A stretch of DNA of 64,000 bases from an uncultured Bacteroidales bacterium (lineage in GTDB: Bacteria > Bacteroidota > Bacteroidia > Bacteroidales > DASQZP01), in the NCBI GenBank assembly GCA_963783315.1, contig CAWAMZ010000008.1, forward strand, positions 4,023 to 68,022. The letters are read 5' to 3'. This document shows, in pieces, positions 17,633 to 27,065 of the stretch (the first letter of the stretch is position 1; every line of letters starts with the position of its first letter). A model generated the notes under the pieces. The model did no database searches and was not told the origin of the DNA. It saw nothing but the letters and a program-made list of their open reading frames with translations. A program made the translations under genes and the position numbers.

Positions 17633-18142
17633 ATGGAGCATAGTGATCGCATACTGGTATATGGTTATGGCAATCCGGGCCGGCAGGATGACGGACTGGC
17701 TGCAGAATTGATAAGACGTCTGGATGACTGGAAGCACAAACATTTTTTGGCTTCCGCCATTTCCACCGATTGTAATTATCAGTTGAATATTGAAGATGCA
17801 GCCGTAATATTTCCTTATGGCCTGGTAGTATTTGCCGATGCATCAGATGAGGAAATTGACGATTTCAAATTAACCCCTATCACTCCGGATTCTGATATTT
17901 CATTTACTATGCATGCGGTTAATCCTGCCTATGTTGTGAATTTATGCAGGGAAATATATGGAAACGACCCTGAAGCATACCTGTTACACATTAAAGGTTA
18001 TCAATGGGAGATGAAAGAAGAACTGACGCAGAAAGCAGTTGCCAGCTTAGATAAAGCTTTCGACTTTTTAATTAGCTTCCTGCAGGAAAAAAGAGGTATT
18101 ACCAGATGCTGTCATGAACGGAAACAGCAACAAAGTTTATAA
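17633..18142 (+). CDS. hoxW: Hydrogenase maturation endopeptidase HoxW
   Basis: ILVYGYGNPGRQDDGLA is the HybD/HoxW signature. Alternative starts at 17609 (TTG) and 17612 (ATG) overlap hoxH. 17633 lies just after the hoxH stop. Confidence 0.8.
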   Translation: MEHSDRILVYGYGNPGRQDDGLAAELIRRLDDWKHKHFLASAISTDCNYQLNIEDAAVIFPYGLVVFADASDEEIDDFKLTPITPDSDISFTMHAVNPAYVVNLCREIYGNDPEAYLLHIKGYQWEMKEELTQKAVASLDKAFDFLISFLQEKRGITRCCHERKQQQSL

Positions 18143-18163
18143 ACCAGTAAAAACCTAATTTTC

Positions 18164-19144
18164 ATGGATCTAACCACCAAATACATGGGGCTTACCCTAT
18201 CGAGTCCGCTGATTGTAAGTAGTTCGGGTCTTACCAATTCAGTTGAAAATGTTGAATTATGTGCCCGGAGTGGTGCCGGTGCGGTAGTGCTCAAATCCCT
18301 TTTTGAGGAACAAATGGTTGCTGACATCCACAAACTTCACAGGCAGGATGAAATGTTTTTCTGGTATCCTGAAGCCGTCGACTACATCAATAAGTTCAGG
18401 AAGGATGAAGGAACGGATGCTTATCTGAAACTTATCAGAAACTGCAAAAAAGCTGTTGATATTCCGGTATTAGCCAGTATCAATTGTACCACACCCGGAG
18501 AATGGCCCGCTTTTGCAGCAAATATCCAGGAAGCAGGGGCCGACGGACTGGAACTCAACATTTACCTGCCACCCGCTGAAATCAATGTGTCCAGTGATCA
18601 GATTGAAGATACTTATGTCCGGATTATAAAGGAAGTAATGAAAAATATTACTATCCCCATTGCCGTAAAAACCGGATACTATTTTACCAATCCGGTCAGG
18701 ATGCTTACAGGTCTCAGTGAAACAGGAATTTCAGGACTGGTACTGTTTAACAGGTTCTTCAGTCCAGATATAGATATTGACCGTTTTGATGTTGCCGGCA
18801 GCAATATATATAGTGCTGAGCAAGAGATGCTGCAGTCACTGAGATGGATTGCACTGCTCGCTAACCACGTATCATGTGACCTTTCTGCATCAACCGGAAT
18901 ACATGACCATACAGGAGTTATAAAAGAAATTCTGGTGGGTGCGACAACCACACAATTATGTTCCACACTGTATCTAAATGGTATTGAATATCTTGCAGAA
19001 ATCCGTCAGGGACTCATGACGTGGATGAAGAAGCACAATTTTGCCAGCACAGACGATTTCAGGGGATTGGTTACAAAACACGAACAACACACCGGGGCCT
19101 TTGAGAGAGTGCAGTTTATGAAAAAAGCAATAGGTGATTTTTAA
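18164..19144 (+). CDS. Dihydroorotate-dehydrogenase-like TIM-barrel flavoprotein (non-canonical active-site loop)
   Basis: 326 aa. DHOD/DPD-like N- and C-terminal FMN-binding segments. The loop reads LELNIYLPP where class 1 DHODs have ELNLSCPN. Confidence 0.75.
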   Translation: MDLTTKYMGLTLSSPLIVSSSGLTNSVENVELCARSGAGAVVLKSLFEEQMVADIHKLHRQDEMFFWYPEAVDYINKFRKDEGTDAYLKLIRNCKKAVDIPVLASINCTTPGEWPAFAANIQEAGADGLELNIYLPPAEINVSSDQIEDTYVRIIKEVMKNITIPIAVKTGYYFTNPVRMLTGLSETGISGLVLFNRFFSPDIDIDRFDVAGSNIYSAEQEMLQSLRWIALLANHVSCDLSASTGIHDHTGVIKEILVGATTTQLCSTLYLNGIEYLAEIRQGLMTWMKKHNFASTDDFRGLVTKHEQHTGAFERVQFMKKAIGDF

Positions 19145-19517
19145 CAAACCTTTTTGAAAAACCTGAACAGAGGCTGTTATATTGTCGCTTTCCTTCCTTC
19201 AGCCACATTCAGACTCCATTCAGGTTTTTAAATTCCGAATGCTGCATTTTTTTGATTAGATTAACAGAAACTGCCATTATCTGTCATCCCAGTAAGCCTC
19301 CTTTAATTATATAGTGTGATTTAATTTTCTTTAGTTATTTTTTCAGGTCAAATGAAAGCCATTTTGACAGAAGTCATTCGTTAGTTTCTGCATTCAAAAT
19401 TACATTTTGTCAGTTTTTTATTATGGCATAAAAAATGTTAGCTCACATCCATATATTGATATATGTAGATTTATTATTTTTGTATGAGATGAAATATAAC
19501 CGAAAAATTAATAAAGA

Positions 19518-20102
19518 ATGAAAACAACAGCTATTGGCTCACATGAAGAAATGCTTGGTAAGTTGAAGGCGGAGGAACGCTCCTTCGTTTTACTGTATAA
19601 AACATCATCATCAATCAGTATGTGTGCACTTGAAAATATTGACAAGGCACTATCCGAAGCAGAAAATGTGCAGGTATTAACTGCGGATGTTTCAACGGTC
19701 AGGGATATTCATCCGAACTATGCTGTGACCTCAGTTCCGTCATTACTCGTGTTTGAGAAAGGTCATCTGACCAATACAATAAAAGGTTGTAATGATGCCG
19801 GATATTACCGGTCACTCTTTGAAAATGTAGTTTTCATGGCCAACACATCCGAAGAAAAACCACAAAAAAGTGTAACTGTGTATTCCACCCCTACCTGTAC
19901 ATGGTGTAATACATTGAAAGGCTATCTGAGAAAAAATCATGTCCGTTTCCGGGATATTGATGTTTCCAGAGACCAGCGAATGGCCGAAGAACTGATGAGA
20001 AAAAGCGGCCAGCAGGGAGTTCCGCAAACCGAGATTGACGGCCAGATTATTGTGGGCTTCGATAAGCAGAAAATAAATACCCTGCTGGGAATTAATGGTT
20101 AA
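19518..20102 (+). CDS. Two-domain thioredoxin-fold protein with a C-terminal glutaredoxin-like (YruB/NrdH-like) module
   Basis: 194 aa. C-terminal YSTPTCTWCNTLK (CxxC), GVPQT and VGFD. The N-terminal Trx-like half lacks CxxC. Confidence 0.7.
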   Translation: MKTTAIGSHEEMLGKLKAEERSFVLLYKTSSSISMCALENIDKALSEAENVQVLTADVSTVRDIHPNYAVTSVPSLLVFEKGHLTNTIKGCNDAGYYRSLFENVVFMANTSEEKPQKSVTVYSTPTCTWCNTLKGYLRKNHVRFRDIDVSRDQRMAEELMRKSGQQGVPQTEIDGQIIVGFDKQKINTLLGING

Positions 20103-20123
20103 ATAACAATAAATAAAAGAAAA

Positions 20124-20411
20124 ATGAAAGACTTATTACCTATTAATCAGCATGTACTGATCGATATTACTGTAGACAAAAAAGAACAAAAAACAGCTGC
20201 AGGTATAATTATTCCTGATTCGGCCAGAGAAAAAAATCATTTTGGAAAAGTATCCGGACTTAGCAATATTGACAATGCTGAAATTGCAGTTGGTGATACT
20301 GTGCTGTATAAAGAATTTTCGGGCACTGAAGTAGAATTCGAAGGAAAGAAATTCCTGCTGATACCCTATGCGGATATTCTTGCCAAAGTGGTTGAAACAG
20401 AAGAAATTTAA
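20124..20411 (+). CDS. groES: Co-chaperonin GroES (Cpn10), orphan copy without adjacent groEL
   Basis: 95 aa. KTAAGIIIPDSAREK mobile loop, VGDTVLYKEFSGTEVEFEGKKFLL. Confidence 0.8.
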   Translation: MKDLLPINQHVLIDITVDKKEQKTAAGIIIPDSAREKNHFGKVSGLSNIDNAEIAVGDTVLYKEFSGTEVEFEGKKFLLIPYADILAKVVETEEI

Positions 20412-20436
20412 TTAACCATTCATTGATAAAAGGGAA

Positions 20437-20463
20437 ACAGGCCTGTGAGCCTGTTTTTTTATT
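20437..20463 (+). terminator. Rho-independent terminator after groES
   Basis: ACAGGC-CTGTGA-GCCTGT followed by TTTTTTTAT. Confidence 0.8.
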
Positions 20464-20715
20464 TTGTTAATCTATGGATAAATATTGCTTATAATCTGAT
20501 TTGTGCTGCTTAAGTGGCAGAGAGAACACTTGCATTAATATAATATTTTATAAATAGAACCAAATATATAGCAAGTTTGCTTTTATTAATAATCATTTTT
20601 TAACGTAAATATATCATTTGGATAAAATTATCATTATCTTGATCTTCCAGGGAAAACGTGTAAATAATAAAAAGTAATTTTTATATTTAAGCTTTATTAA
20701 CTAAATTTTCTATTT

Positions 20716-21045
20716 ATGAAAGAAATAAAGAAATTTGATGTCTTGTCAGTTGCAAAAATTTACGGACTTTCCATGGCAATAGCAGGATTACTGATTGGGT
20801 TACTTTTTGGGTTTATAATGAGCATGGTGGGTATGATCGCCGGCAGTATGCATGAAAATCCATTCTTTGGTTCAGGTTTAACTGCCGGATTGGGAATTCT
20901 ACCGGTAATTTTTCTACCGGTTTTCTATGGGGCGCTGGGATTTATTTTCGGTGCACTGGGTGCTTTTATCTATAATTTGCTGGCCAGATGGGTAGGCGGA
21001 ATTGAAGTGGAAATCAGGGATAAGAATATACCAAACAATCAGTAA
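20716..21045 (+). CDS. Small Gly-rich integral membrane protein, unknown function
   Basis: 109 aa with three hydrophobic, GxxxG-rich segments. Confidence 0.6.
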   Translation: MKEIKKFDVLSVAKIYGLSMAIAGLLIGLLFGFIMSMVGMIAGSMHENPFFGSGLTAGLGILPVIFLPVFYGALGFIFGALGAFIYNLLARWVGGIEVEIRDKNIPNNQ

Positions 21046-21247
21046 AAGTTATTCAAAGACAATTGAATCTTTTCTGCTTAGTGAGCTGCAATTATGTACA
21101 ATAATGCAGCTTATTTTTAATAAAATGGGGATACAACATTCTTTCATTTTTTACCCATGAACATTTTTATATAATTATCTGTTTAAGTGGATAGTTGATA
21201 TTACAAAACCGAAAGAGAACCTTAGTTGAACCAAAAAATTACTGAAC

Positions 21248-22156
21248 ATGGCAATCGATTACAGTAAGCCTGTCGATGTTGTAGAAAATATAACCAAAGA
21301 AGAGTTTGAAGAAAATTACCGCAAGCCTGAAAAACCAGTAGTTATCAGAGGTCTTTGGGATAATTATCCGGCCTCTGGAAAATGGACAATGGAGTATTTC
21401 AAATCCAAATTAGGCGATATTGAAGTAGGCCTGTTTGATAACAACAAACAAAAATTAGACAGATCTTTCAAAACACCCCATACAAAGATGAAATTTGGCG
21501 ATTACCTGGATCTGATAAACAAAGAGCCTACCAATTTACGAATCTTTCTTTTTGATATATTTAAGCATAAACCAGACCTGATTAAGGATTTTGACTTTCC
21601 TCCTATTACCAGTTCATACCTGAAAAAATTTCCGTTTATGTTTTTTGGAGGTGCCAATTCGGTGGTGCGTATCCATGAGGATATGGACATGTCAAATGTA
21701 TTCCTTACCCAGCTGCATGGCAAAAAAAAGGTAATATTATTCAGCCCTGAGTATTCTGATCTTCTATACAGATATCCGTATAATGTTCACAGTGCTGTTG
21801 ATATCGAAAATCCCGATTATGAAAAGTATCCGGGACTTGCTTACGTAAAAGGCAGTCATTGTATCCTTAACCATGGTGATACCCTATTTATACCCAGTGG
21901 CTACTGGCACCACATCACCTATCTTGAAGGCGGATATGCAATTAGCCTGCGGGCATTCAGTGCACATTATACCAAACGGATGAATGGACTGTGGAAAGTG
22001 GCAGTTCTTTCAAATACAGATGATGTGATGAGGAAGATAATTGGCAAAAAATGGTTCGCTCACAAGACAAAAGTCGCTCACCAGCGAGCCGAGAAGGCCA
22101 TTCAAAAAATTGAGGGTGGTGCACAGCAAAAATTATCAGCTACCAGGACACATTAA
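21248..22156 (+). CDS. Cupin-like / JmjC-domain protein
   Basis: 302 aa. VVIRGLWDNYPA..., candidate metal ligands in VRIHEDMD and YWHHITY. Confidence 0.7.
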   Translation: MAIDYSKPVDVVENITKEEFEENYRKPEKPVVIRGLWDNYPASGKWTMEYFKSKLGDIEVGLFDNNKQKLDRSFKTPHTKMKFGDYLDLINKEPTNLRIFLFDIFKHKPDLIKDFDFPPITSSYLKKFPFMFFGGANSVVRIHEDMDMSNVFLTQLHGKKKVILFSPEYSDLLYRYPYNVHSAVDIENPDYEKYPGLAYVKGSHCILNHGDTLFIPSGYWHHITYLEGGYAISLRAFSAHYTKRMNGLWKVAVLSNTDDVMRKIIGKKWFAHKTKVAHQRAEKAIQKIEGGAQQKLSATRTH

Positions 22157-22227
22157 AATTTTATTTAGACCCGTCAATAAAATATTAAAAATCCATTTTT
22201 TAACAGATAAAAAAGGGAATGGCACCC

Positions 22228-22374
22228 TTATTTGTAAACTGTGAGGAAAGTACGCGACTTTCGGATGCCATTCCCGGTTGTAAAATTAATCATAATCTTG
22301 CGTTTATAATTGCAAAAAAATGCATTTCCGGTTATCTCAACCGTCTCATCATTAAATTCGGCTATTATTGCCAT
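22228..22374 (-). CDS. Possible 48-aa ORF immediately downstream of nikR
   Basis: MAIIAEFNDETVEITGNAFFCNYKRKIMINFTTGNGIRKSRTFLTVYK. Below the track cutoff. Preceded by GGAGG. Its 3' end lies inside a hairpin (GGGAATGGCA 22215-22224 / TGCCATTCCC 22266-22275) that is followed by TTTTTT on the minus strand. Confidence 0.25.
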   Translation of the reverse strand: MAIIAEFNDETVEITGNAFFCNYKRKIMINFTTGNGIRKSRTFLTVYK

Positions 22375-22470
22375 ACCTCCTCTCCCATTTTCAAATACAG
22401 TCCTCACCAGTCCTCATTAGCTTTTTAAATCAATACACGGGAGTTATTAAGATGTCGAACAGAGCAATAG

Positions 22471-22872
22471 TTACCCGCCAGGACTCATCACCAGCTTTCC
22501 ATAGGTAATTCCCTTCAAACCGCAGATTTTATCGCTCAACTCCGTTAGCTCCTTTGATTTTCCGGAAACAATAATATTTTCCATACAGTTATCGTGATCG
22601 AGATGAACATGCTGAACCGAGAGTATAAGGTGATGGTGCTGATGCTGTACATCAATCAGTTTATTATTCAGTTCTCTTTTATGATGATCGTAAACCAGCA
22701 CAATTGTTCCCGCAACCACATTGTTACATTCCCATCTTTTTTCGACCAGATGCTTCTCTATCAAAAACCGTATTGCCTGACTTCTGTTCGGGAAGTGGTG
22801 GCTTATTACAAGTTGATCCAGTGCTTCGAGCATCCCGTTTTCCAACGATACTCCAAATCGTTTAATGGCCAT
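22471..22872 (-). CDS. nikR: Nickel-responsive transcriptional regulator NikR
   Basis: Ribbon-helix-helix N-terminus MAIKRFGVSLENGMLEALD, NRSQAIR, and a His-rich C-terminal metal domain (HHKRE...HQHHH...HVHLDHDNC). The track start at 22929 is GTG; ATG at 22872. Confidence 0.85.
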   Translation of the reverse strand: MAIKRFGVSLENGMLEALDQLVISHHFPNRSQAIRFLIEKHLVEKRWECNNVVAGTIVLVYDHHKRELNNKLIDVQHQHHHLILSVQHVHLDHDNCMENIIVSGKSKELTELSDKICGLKGITYGKLVMSPGG

Positions 22873-22982
22873 CGTGTTACTTTTTATTGTTTTCGTGCTA
22901 ACAAAATTATACAAAAATATCTCATTCACAAAGCAGCAATTCCGTTTTAAAGGAATACCTTTGCCACAAATATCAGTAAAAC

Positions 22983-23828
22983 ATGTTTGCGTTAGGAAAA
23001 TACCATAATTTTGAAATAGTTAAGGAACTTGACTTCGGCATATACCTGGACGGAGAAGAACTGGGTGAAATACTTATGCCAACCAAGTATGTACCGGAGA
23101 ATGTACAAACCGGAGATGTAATTACAGCATTTCTTTACCGCGACTCGGAAGACAGATTAATTGCCACAACTGAAAAGCCTCTTGCCGAGCTAGGGGATTT
23201 TGCCCTTCTCAATGTTGTTGCGGTTACCACTTCAGGTGCATTTTTATACTGGGGACTGGCCAAAGACCTTTTTGTACCCTTCCGTGAACAAAAAGAAAAA
23301 ATGCAGGAAGGACAATCCTATCTGGTGAAAATTTATATGGATGATGAGACAGACAGACTGATGGCTTCCTCATATCTCGATAAATTTCTAAATAATGTAC
23401 CAGCTCAGTATACCCCTGGAGATCAGGTGGATCTTATCATTGCTGAAAAGACCGAGTTGGGATACAAAGCGATAATTAACGGCATCCATTCAGGAATTTT
23501 ATATGAGAATGAAATATTTCAGCCTCTGTCACCGGGTCAGCAGATAACCGGTTATATCAAAAAGTTGAGAGAGGACGAAAAAATTGACCTGAGTTTGCAA
23601 CCCTTTGGTTACCGGAAAATTGAAGACCTTGAGAAAGAGCTAACCATGCTTTTGCAGCAGAATAATGACTTTCTTCCGCTGAATGATAAGAGCGATCCGG
23701 AAGAAATAAAAAATCTGTGCCAGATGAGTAAGAAAAACTTCAAAAAAGTAGTGGGCAGTCTCTATAAAAAAAGAATAGTTACTATTACGCCTGAAGGAAT
23801 TAGCCTGGTTAAACAAACCGGAAATTAA
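22983..23828 (+). CDS. S1 RNA-binding-domain protein (CvfB/YitL family)
   Basis: 281 aa. Repeated S1-like segments and a C-terminal winged-helix-like KKNFKKVVGSLYKKRIV. Confidence 0.7.
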   Translation: MFALGKYHNFEIVKELDFGIYLDGEELGEILMPTKYVPENVQTGDVITAFLYRDSEDRLIATTEKPLAELGDFALLNVVAVTTSGAFLYWGLAKDLFVPFREQKEKMQEGQSYLVKIYMDDETDRLMASSYLDKFLNNVPAQYTPGDQVDLIIAEKTELGYKAIINGIHSGILYENEIFQPLSPGQQITGYIKKLREDEKIDLSLQPFGYRKIEDLEKELTMLLQQNNDFLPLNDKSDPEEIKNLCQMSKKNFKKVVGSLYKKRIVTITPEGISLVKQTGN

Positions 23829-23833
23829 ACAGG

Positions 23834-24031
23834 TTATTTTTTAAATATCTTGTAAAAAATAAAGCCAATCAGAGCCAGCACAAGTATTACAGCAAGTGCC
23901 CCGGCCCAAAAACCAAATTTAAAGATTCCTTCAATGGCATCTCCAAGTCCGCAGGAAGGTAATAAAACCAGTATTAATGCAAACAAGCTGAGCAACATCG
24001 TCTTTTTAAGAACTAAAAGTTTTTCGATCAT
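23834..24031 (-). CDS. Small membrane lipoprotein, unknown function
   Basis: 65 aa. Lipobox LLPSCG plus a C-terminal TM helix. Confidence 0.45.
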   Translation of the reverse strand: MIEKLLVLKKTMLLSLFALILVLLPSCGLGDAIEGIFKFGFWAGALAVILVLALIGFIFYKIFKK

Positions 24032-24060
24032 AGTCAGGTATTTTTGTATCCACAGGATAA

Positions 24061-24660
24061 TTAATAAACTTTAATTATTTCACCGGTTCTTACTCCTTCG
24101 ACACTTTTGACAAAAGCATTGACAACCCTGTTCATGGGTACCGGATTATGACCCGGAAAGTATTTTCCCATTGCCTCATATGAATCTTCAACAAGGCCCG
24201 GACTAACCACATTGATTCGAACATCATTCTTAAGCTCGTTTGCTGCTGCAATCACAAATGAATTAATTGCGCCGTTCACTACACTCAGGCTGACTCCGTT
24301 TTGAATGGGATCTTCTGCAAGAATTCCGGATATCAGCGTAAAGGAACCACCCGCGTTAATCGTATGCTGCCCCGCGAGAACCAGGTTTATCTGCCCCATT
24401 AATTTACTGTATATTCCTGACATGAAATCCTCACCCTTCATCTCCTGAAGAGGAGCCATTTTTGCACTGCCCGCAGCAATAACAACACCATCAAATCTGC
24501 CGGCAGTTTTATACATGGTTTCAATTGAGCCTGGATCGCTTATATCAACTTTCAACGAACCCGAATTTCTACCAGCCGTGATAATCTCATGCCTTCTAAA
24601 AAGTTCATCATAAACCCTGCGCCCCAGCGTTCCACTGGCCCCAATAAGTATTATTCTCAT
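24061..24660 (-). CDS. Short-chain dehydrogenase/reductase (atypical short SDR)
   Basis: MRIILIGASGTLG Rossmann motif. The track start at 24669 is TTG; ATG at 24660. Confidence 0.8.
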   Translation of the reverse strand: MRIILIGASGTLGRRVYDELFRRHEIITAGRNSGSLKVDISDPGSIETMYKTAGRFDGVVIAAGSAKMAPLQEMKGEDFMSGIYSKLMGQINLVLAGQHTINAGGSFTLISGILAEDPIQNGVSLSVVNGAINSFVIAAANELKNDVRINVVSPGLVEDSYEAMGKYFPGHNPVPMNRVVNAFVKSVEGVRTGEIIKVY

Positions 24661-24979
24661 AATATCCAATTAAAAAATAAAATCAATAAATTTAATTTCT
24701 GTCTCTCATTATAAAAATGTAAACTATTCCGTTTAATACCATTTTTTAAACAAGCTGCATATAAAATAGTTTAATCATCTATTCAGGATCGCAGTAAAAC
24801 AGTCAAAAGATTTAAAATATCAAAAGAATGCTAAAGACAGAATAGGAAAGTCCTTATTCCTTGAGAAGTGAAGGGAAGTGAACTAAAATCAGCACACAGC
24901 GGGAAAAATAATTAATAAATAGTATATTTGTTTACACTACATAAGAAAACCGGATATTATTATTAGTAAATAAACAGAT

Positions 24980-25264
24980 ATGAGTTCAGAAAAACCACAT
25001 ATAGCAGGACCTAAATCATTAAAGTTAGTTATGGAACCAGGTATTTATTTCTGGTGTGCATGTGGAAGAAGCAAAAATCAACCTTATTGTGACGGAACTC
25101 ATAAAGGGACTGCCTTTTCACCTATCAGGACAGTAATTGAAGAAAAACAACTGGTTAAATGGTGCTTGTGTAAACATACCAGGACACCCCCTTTCTGTGA
25201 TAACACTCACCGGGAATTACCCACATATCCGGGAAAAAAAGAGTCTGATACACCAGAAAAATAA
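24980..25264 (+). CDS. CDGSH iron-sulfur domain protein (two CDGSH motifs)
   Basis: CACGRSKNQPYCDGTH and CLCKHTRTPPFCDNTH. Confidence 0.9.
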   Translation: MSSEKPHIAGPKSLKLVMEPGIYFWCACGRSKNQPYCDGTHKGTAFSPIRTVIEEKQLVKWCLCKHTRTPPFCDNTHRELPTYPGKKESDTPEK

Positions 25265-25351
25265 AATCAAACAAGCAGGATATTTTGTCATTTAAGCAAA
25301 AAAATCTATCGGTTTTTCCTGAAACAGGCCAAATGATTTTCTGTAACCAGA

Positions 25352-25822
25352 CTAATTTTGCTCATCAAGCAACTGTTTAAACTCTGTAAAACCCTGGTGG
25401 ATTTTGTTGATTTTATCCTGCGGCAGATTCGAATAATCAATTTGCTGAAGTTTACCTTCACTTGTAAGTATCTCAACTTTGCCAGGTTCGGAAGATACTT
25501 TGTTTATATCTGAAAGAGGAAGATTTACCACGGGTTCTTTAAATTTCAGCCTAAATGAAATGCCCTGAACAGAAATGGCAATAAAAACTTTACTTTCTCT
25601 TTTAAATACCCTGAAACCCTGTAATATAAATACAATTCCCAGTACAATTCCAATTATGAGTGACCAATCATTCTTATCACCTTCGAAAGAAACCTGACTT
25701 ATTTTATAGATCAATGCAAAAAGAGACAAAATCGCAATTATAAATCCCATGATAATGTATAATCGCCTTACCCATGCTTTATCAAAAGGATCTGTCATTA
25801 ATCCTACCCTGACATTTTTCAT
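25352..25822 (-). CDS. Membrane protein, unknown function
   Basis: Two TM helices followed by a soluble domain. ATG at 25822; the track start at 25879 is TTG. Confidence 0.5.
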   Translation of the reverse strand: MKNVRVGLMTDPFDKAWVRRLYIIMGFIIAILSLFALIYKISQVSFEGDKNDWSLIIGIVLGIVFILQGFRVFKRESKVFIAISVQGISFRLKFKEPVVNLPLSDINKVSSEPGKVEILTSEGKLQQIDYSNLPQDKINKIHQGFTEFKQLLDEQN

Positions 25823-25957
25823 AAAAACCAGTTTTTGTTTTAACAGGGTAAAATTAATATTTAACAGCGACCCCTGCAAAAAAGCAAAGGTAAATCTCTA
25901 GTTTGCAGAATGGCAAAAAGCTTAAATCAGTAAAAACAGAATATAAATTAGCTTTCA

Positions 25958-26887
25958 TCAGGATTCAGACTCCTTTAACTGTCGGACAAGTGTTTTCAAT
26001 CCCTGATGCGGGTCTGTTGGTGTAATATTAAAACGCCTAGTAAATTTTGAGCTGTCGAAAAAATAATCACGGTCATACTGGTAAACCATTTCATTCAGTT
26101 CTTTTAATATCGGCACAAAAAGTCCGGCGAATCCCAGCATCCACTTTGGCATTTCCCGCCATGCTGGTTTTACTCCCAACTCACCGGCTATTATTTCTAT
26201 CCAGTTTCTACCTTTCAAAGGTGTTGGATCCGTTGGAAGGTGCCATATCTGGTTATAAGCATCAGGAGTATTGCCAAGAATGGCAGTACCCAGTGCAGCA
26301 TCATCAGTATTTATAAAGCTGTGTACATAATCGACACTTACGAACCAGTCTGCTTTCTTACCTTTAAGCAGATTTTTATAAACAGTCTCAATGAGTACAC
26401 TGTTTGTGGGTCCGTAAAAATCCGGTGAACGGGCAATTAAAGCCTCAATATTTCCTTTTTGCACTTCGTTCATCAGGTATTCTGCAATTTCAGCCCGTAT
26501 TTTCCCTTTTTTACTGGTTGGCATGACAGGAGTTTCTTCCGTCATATGGCTGAGAAAATTTCTGTCATACATGTAAACATTATCGAAAAATACCAGCCGG
26601 GTTCCATGCTTTTTGCAGGCATTGACAACATTTTGCATAACCTTCGGCCATACTTCCTGCCATACCTTGCTATCATATTTAAAGCCTGCTGTAAGATAAG
26701 CAATCTCAGTTCCTTCCAAAGCCTGTTCAACTTGCAATGGATCAGTGATATCTGCAGGAAACAAATTATCAGTATCATTAATTTTAAAAGGATTCCGGCT
26801 TACCAGCCGGATGTCACTGGTATATTTCTTAAGATGGCGGGCAAGGTCTTTTCCGATTGCTCCTCCTGCACCAAGAATAGTTTGCAT
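25958..26887 (-). CDS. NAD-dependent epimerase/dehydratase family (extended SDR)
   Basis: MQTILGAGGAIG Rossmann motif. ATG at 26887; the track start at 26953 is TTG. Confidence 0.8.
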   Translation of the reverse strand: MQTILGAGGAIGKDLARHLKKYTSDIRLVSRNPFKINDTDNLFPADITDPLQVEQALEGTEIAYLTAGFKYDSKVWQEVWPKVMQNVVNACKKHGTRLVFFDNVYMYDRNFLSHMTEETPVMPTSKKGKIRAEIAEYLMNEVQKGNIEALIARSPDFYGPTNSVLIETVYKNLLKGKKADWFVSVDYVHSFINTDDAALGTAILGNTPDAYNQIWHLPTDPTPLKGRNWIEIIAGELGVKPAWREMPKWMLGFAGLFVPILKELNEMVYQYDRDYFFDSSKFTRRFNITPTDPHQGLKTLVRQLKESES

Positions 26888-27065
26888 AATGTAGTTTTTA
26901 AGTATCCTTTGGAACAAATTGAAGGACAAAATGTTTAAGCCTGCCAGCTTCAATATAACTGATTTTTATGTATTAAGATATTTTAATCCCATGCAGAGCG
27001 AAACAAGGAAGGTATAATTATTTTTAAATTTCCATATTTTAATTATTTAATTGCAGAAAAATAAT

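Noticed and set aside
22041-22428. Two overlapping plus-strand ORFs (67 and 69 aa) after the JmjC gene
   Set aside because: They have no motifs, span a terminator hairpin and are AT-rich. The minus-strand 48-codon ORF/terminator interpretation is at least as good, and even that has low confidence.
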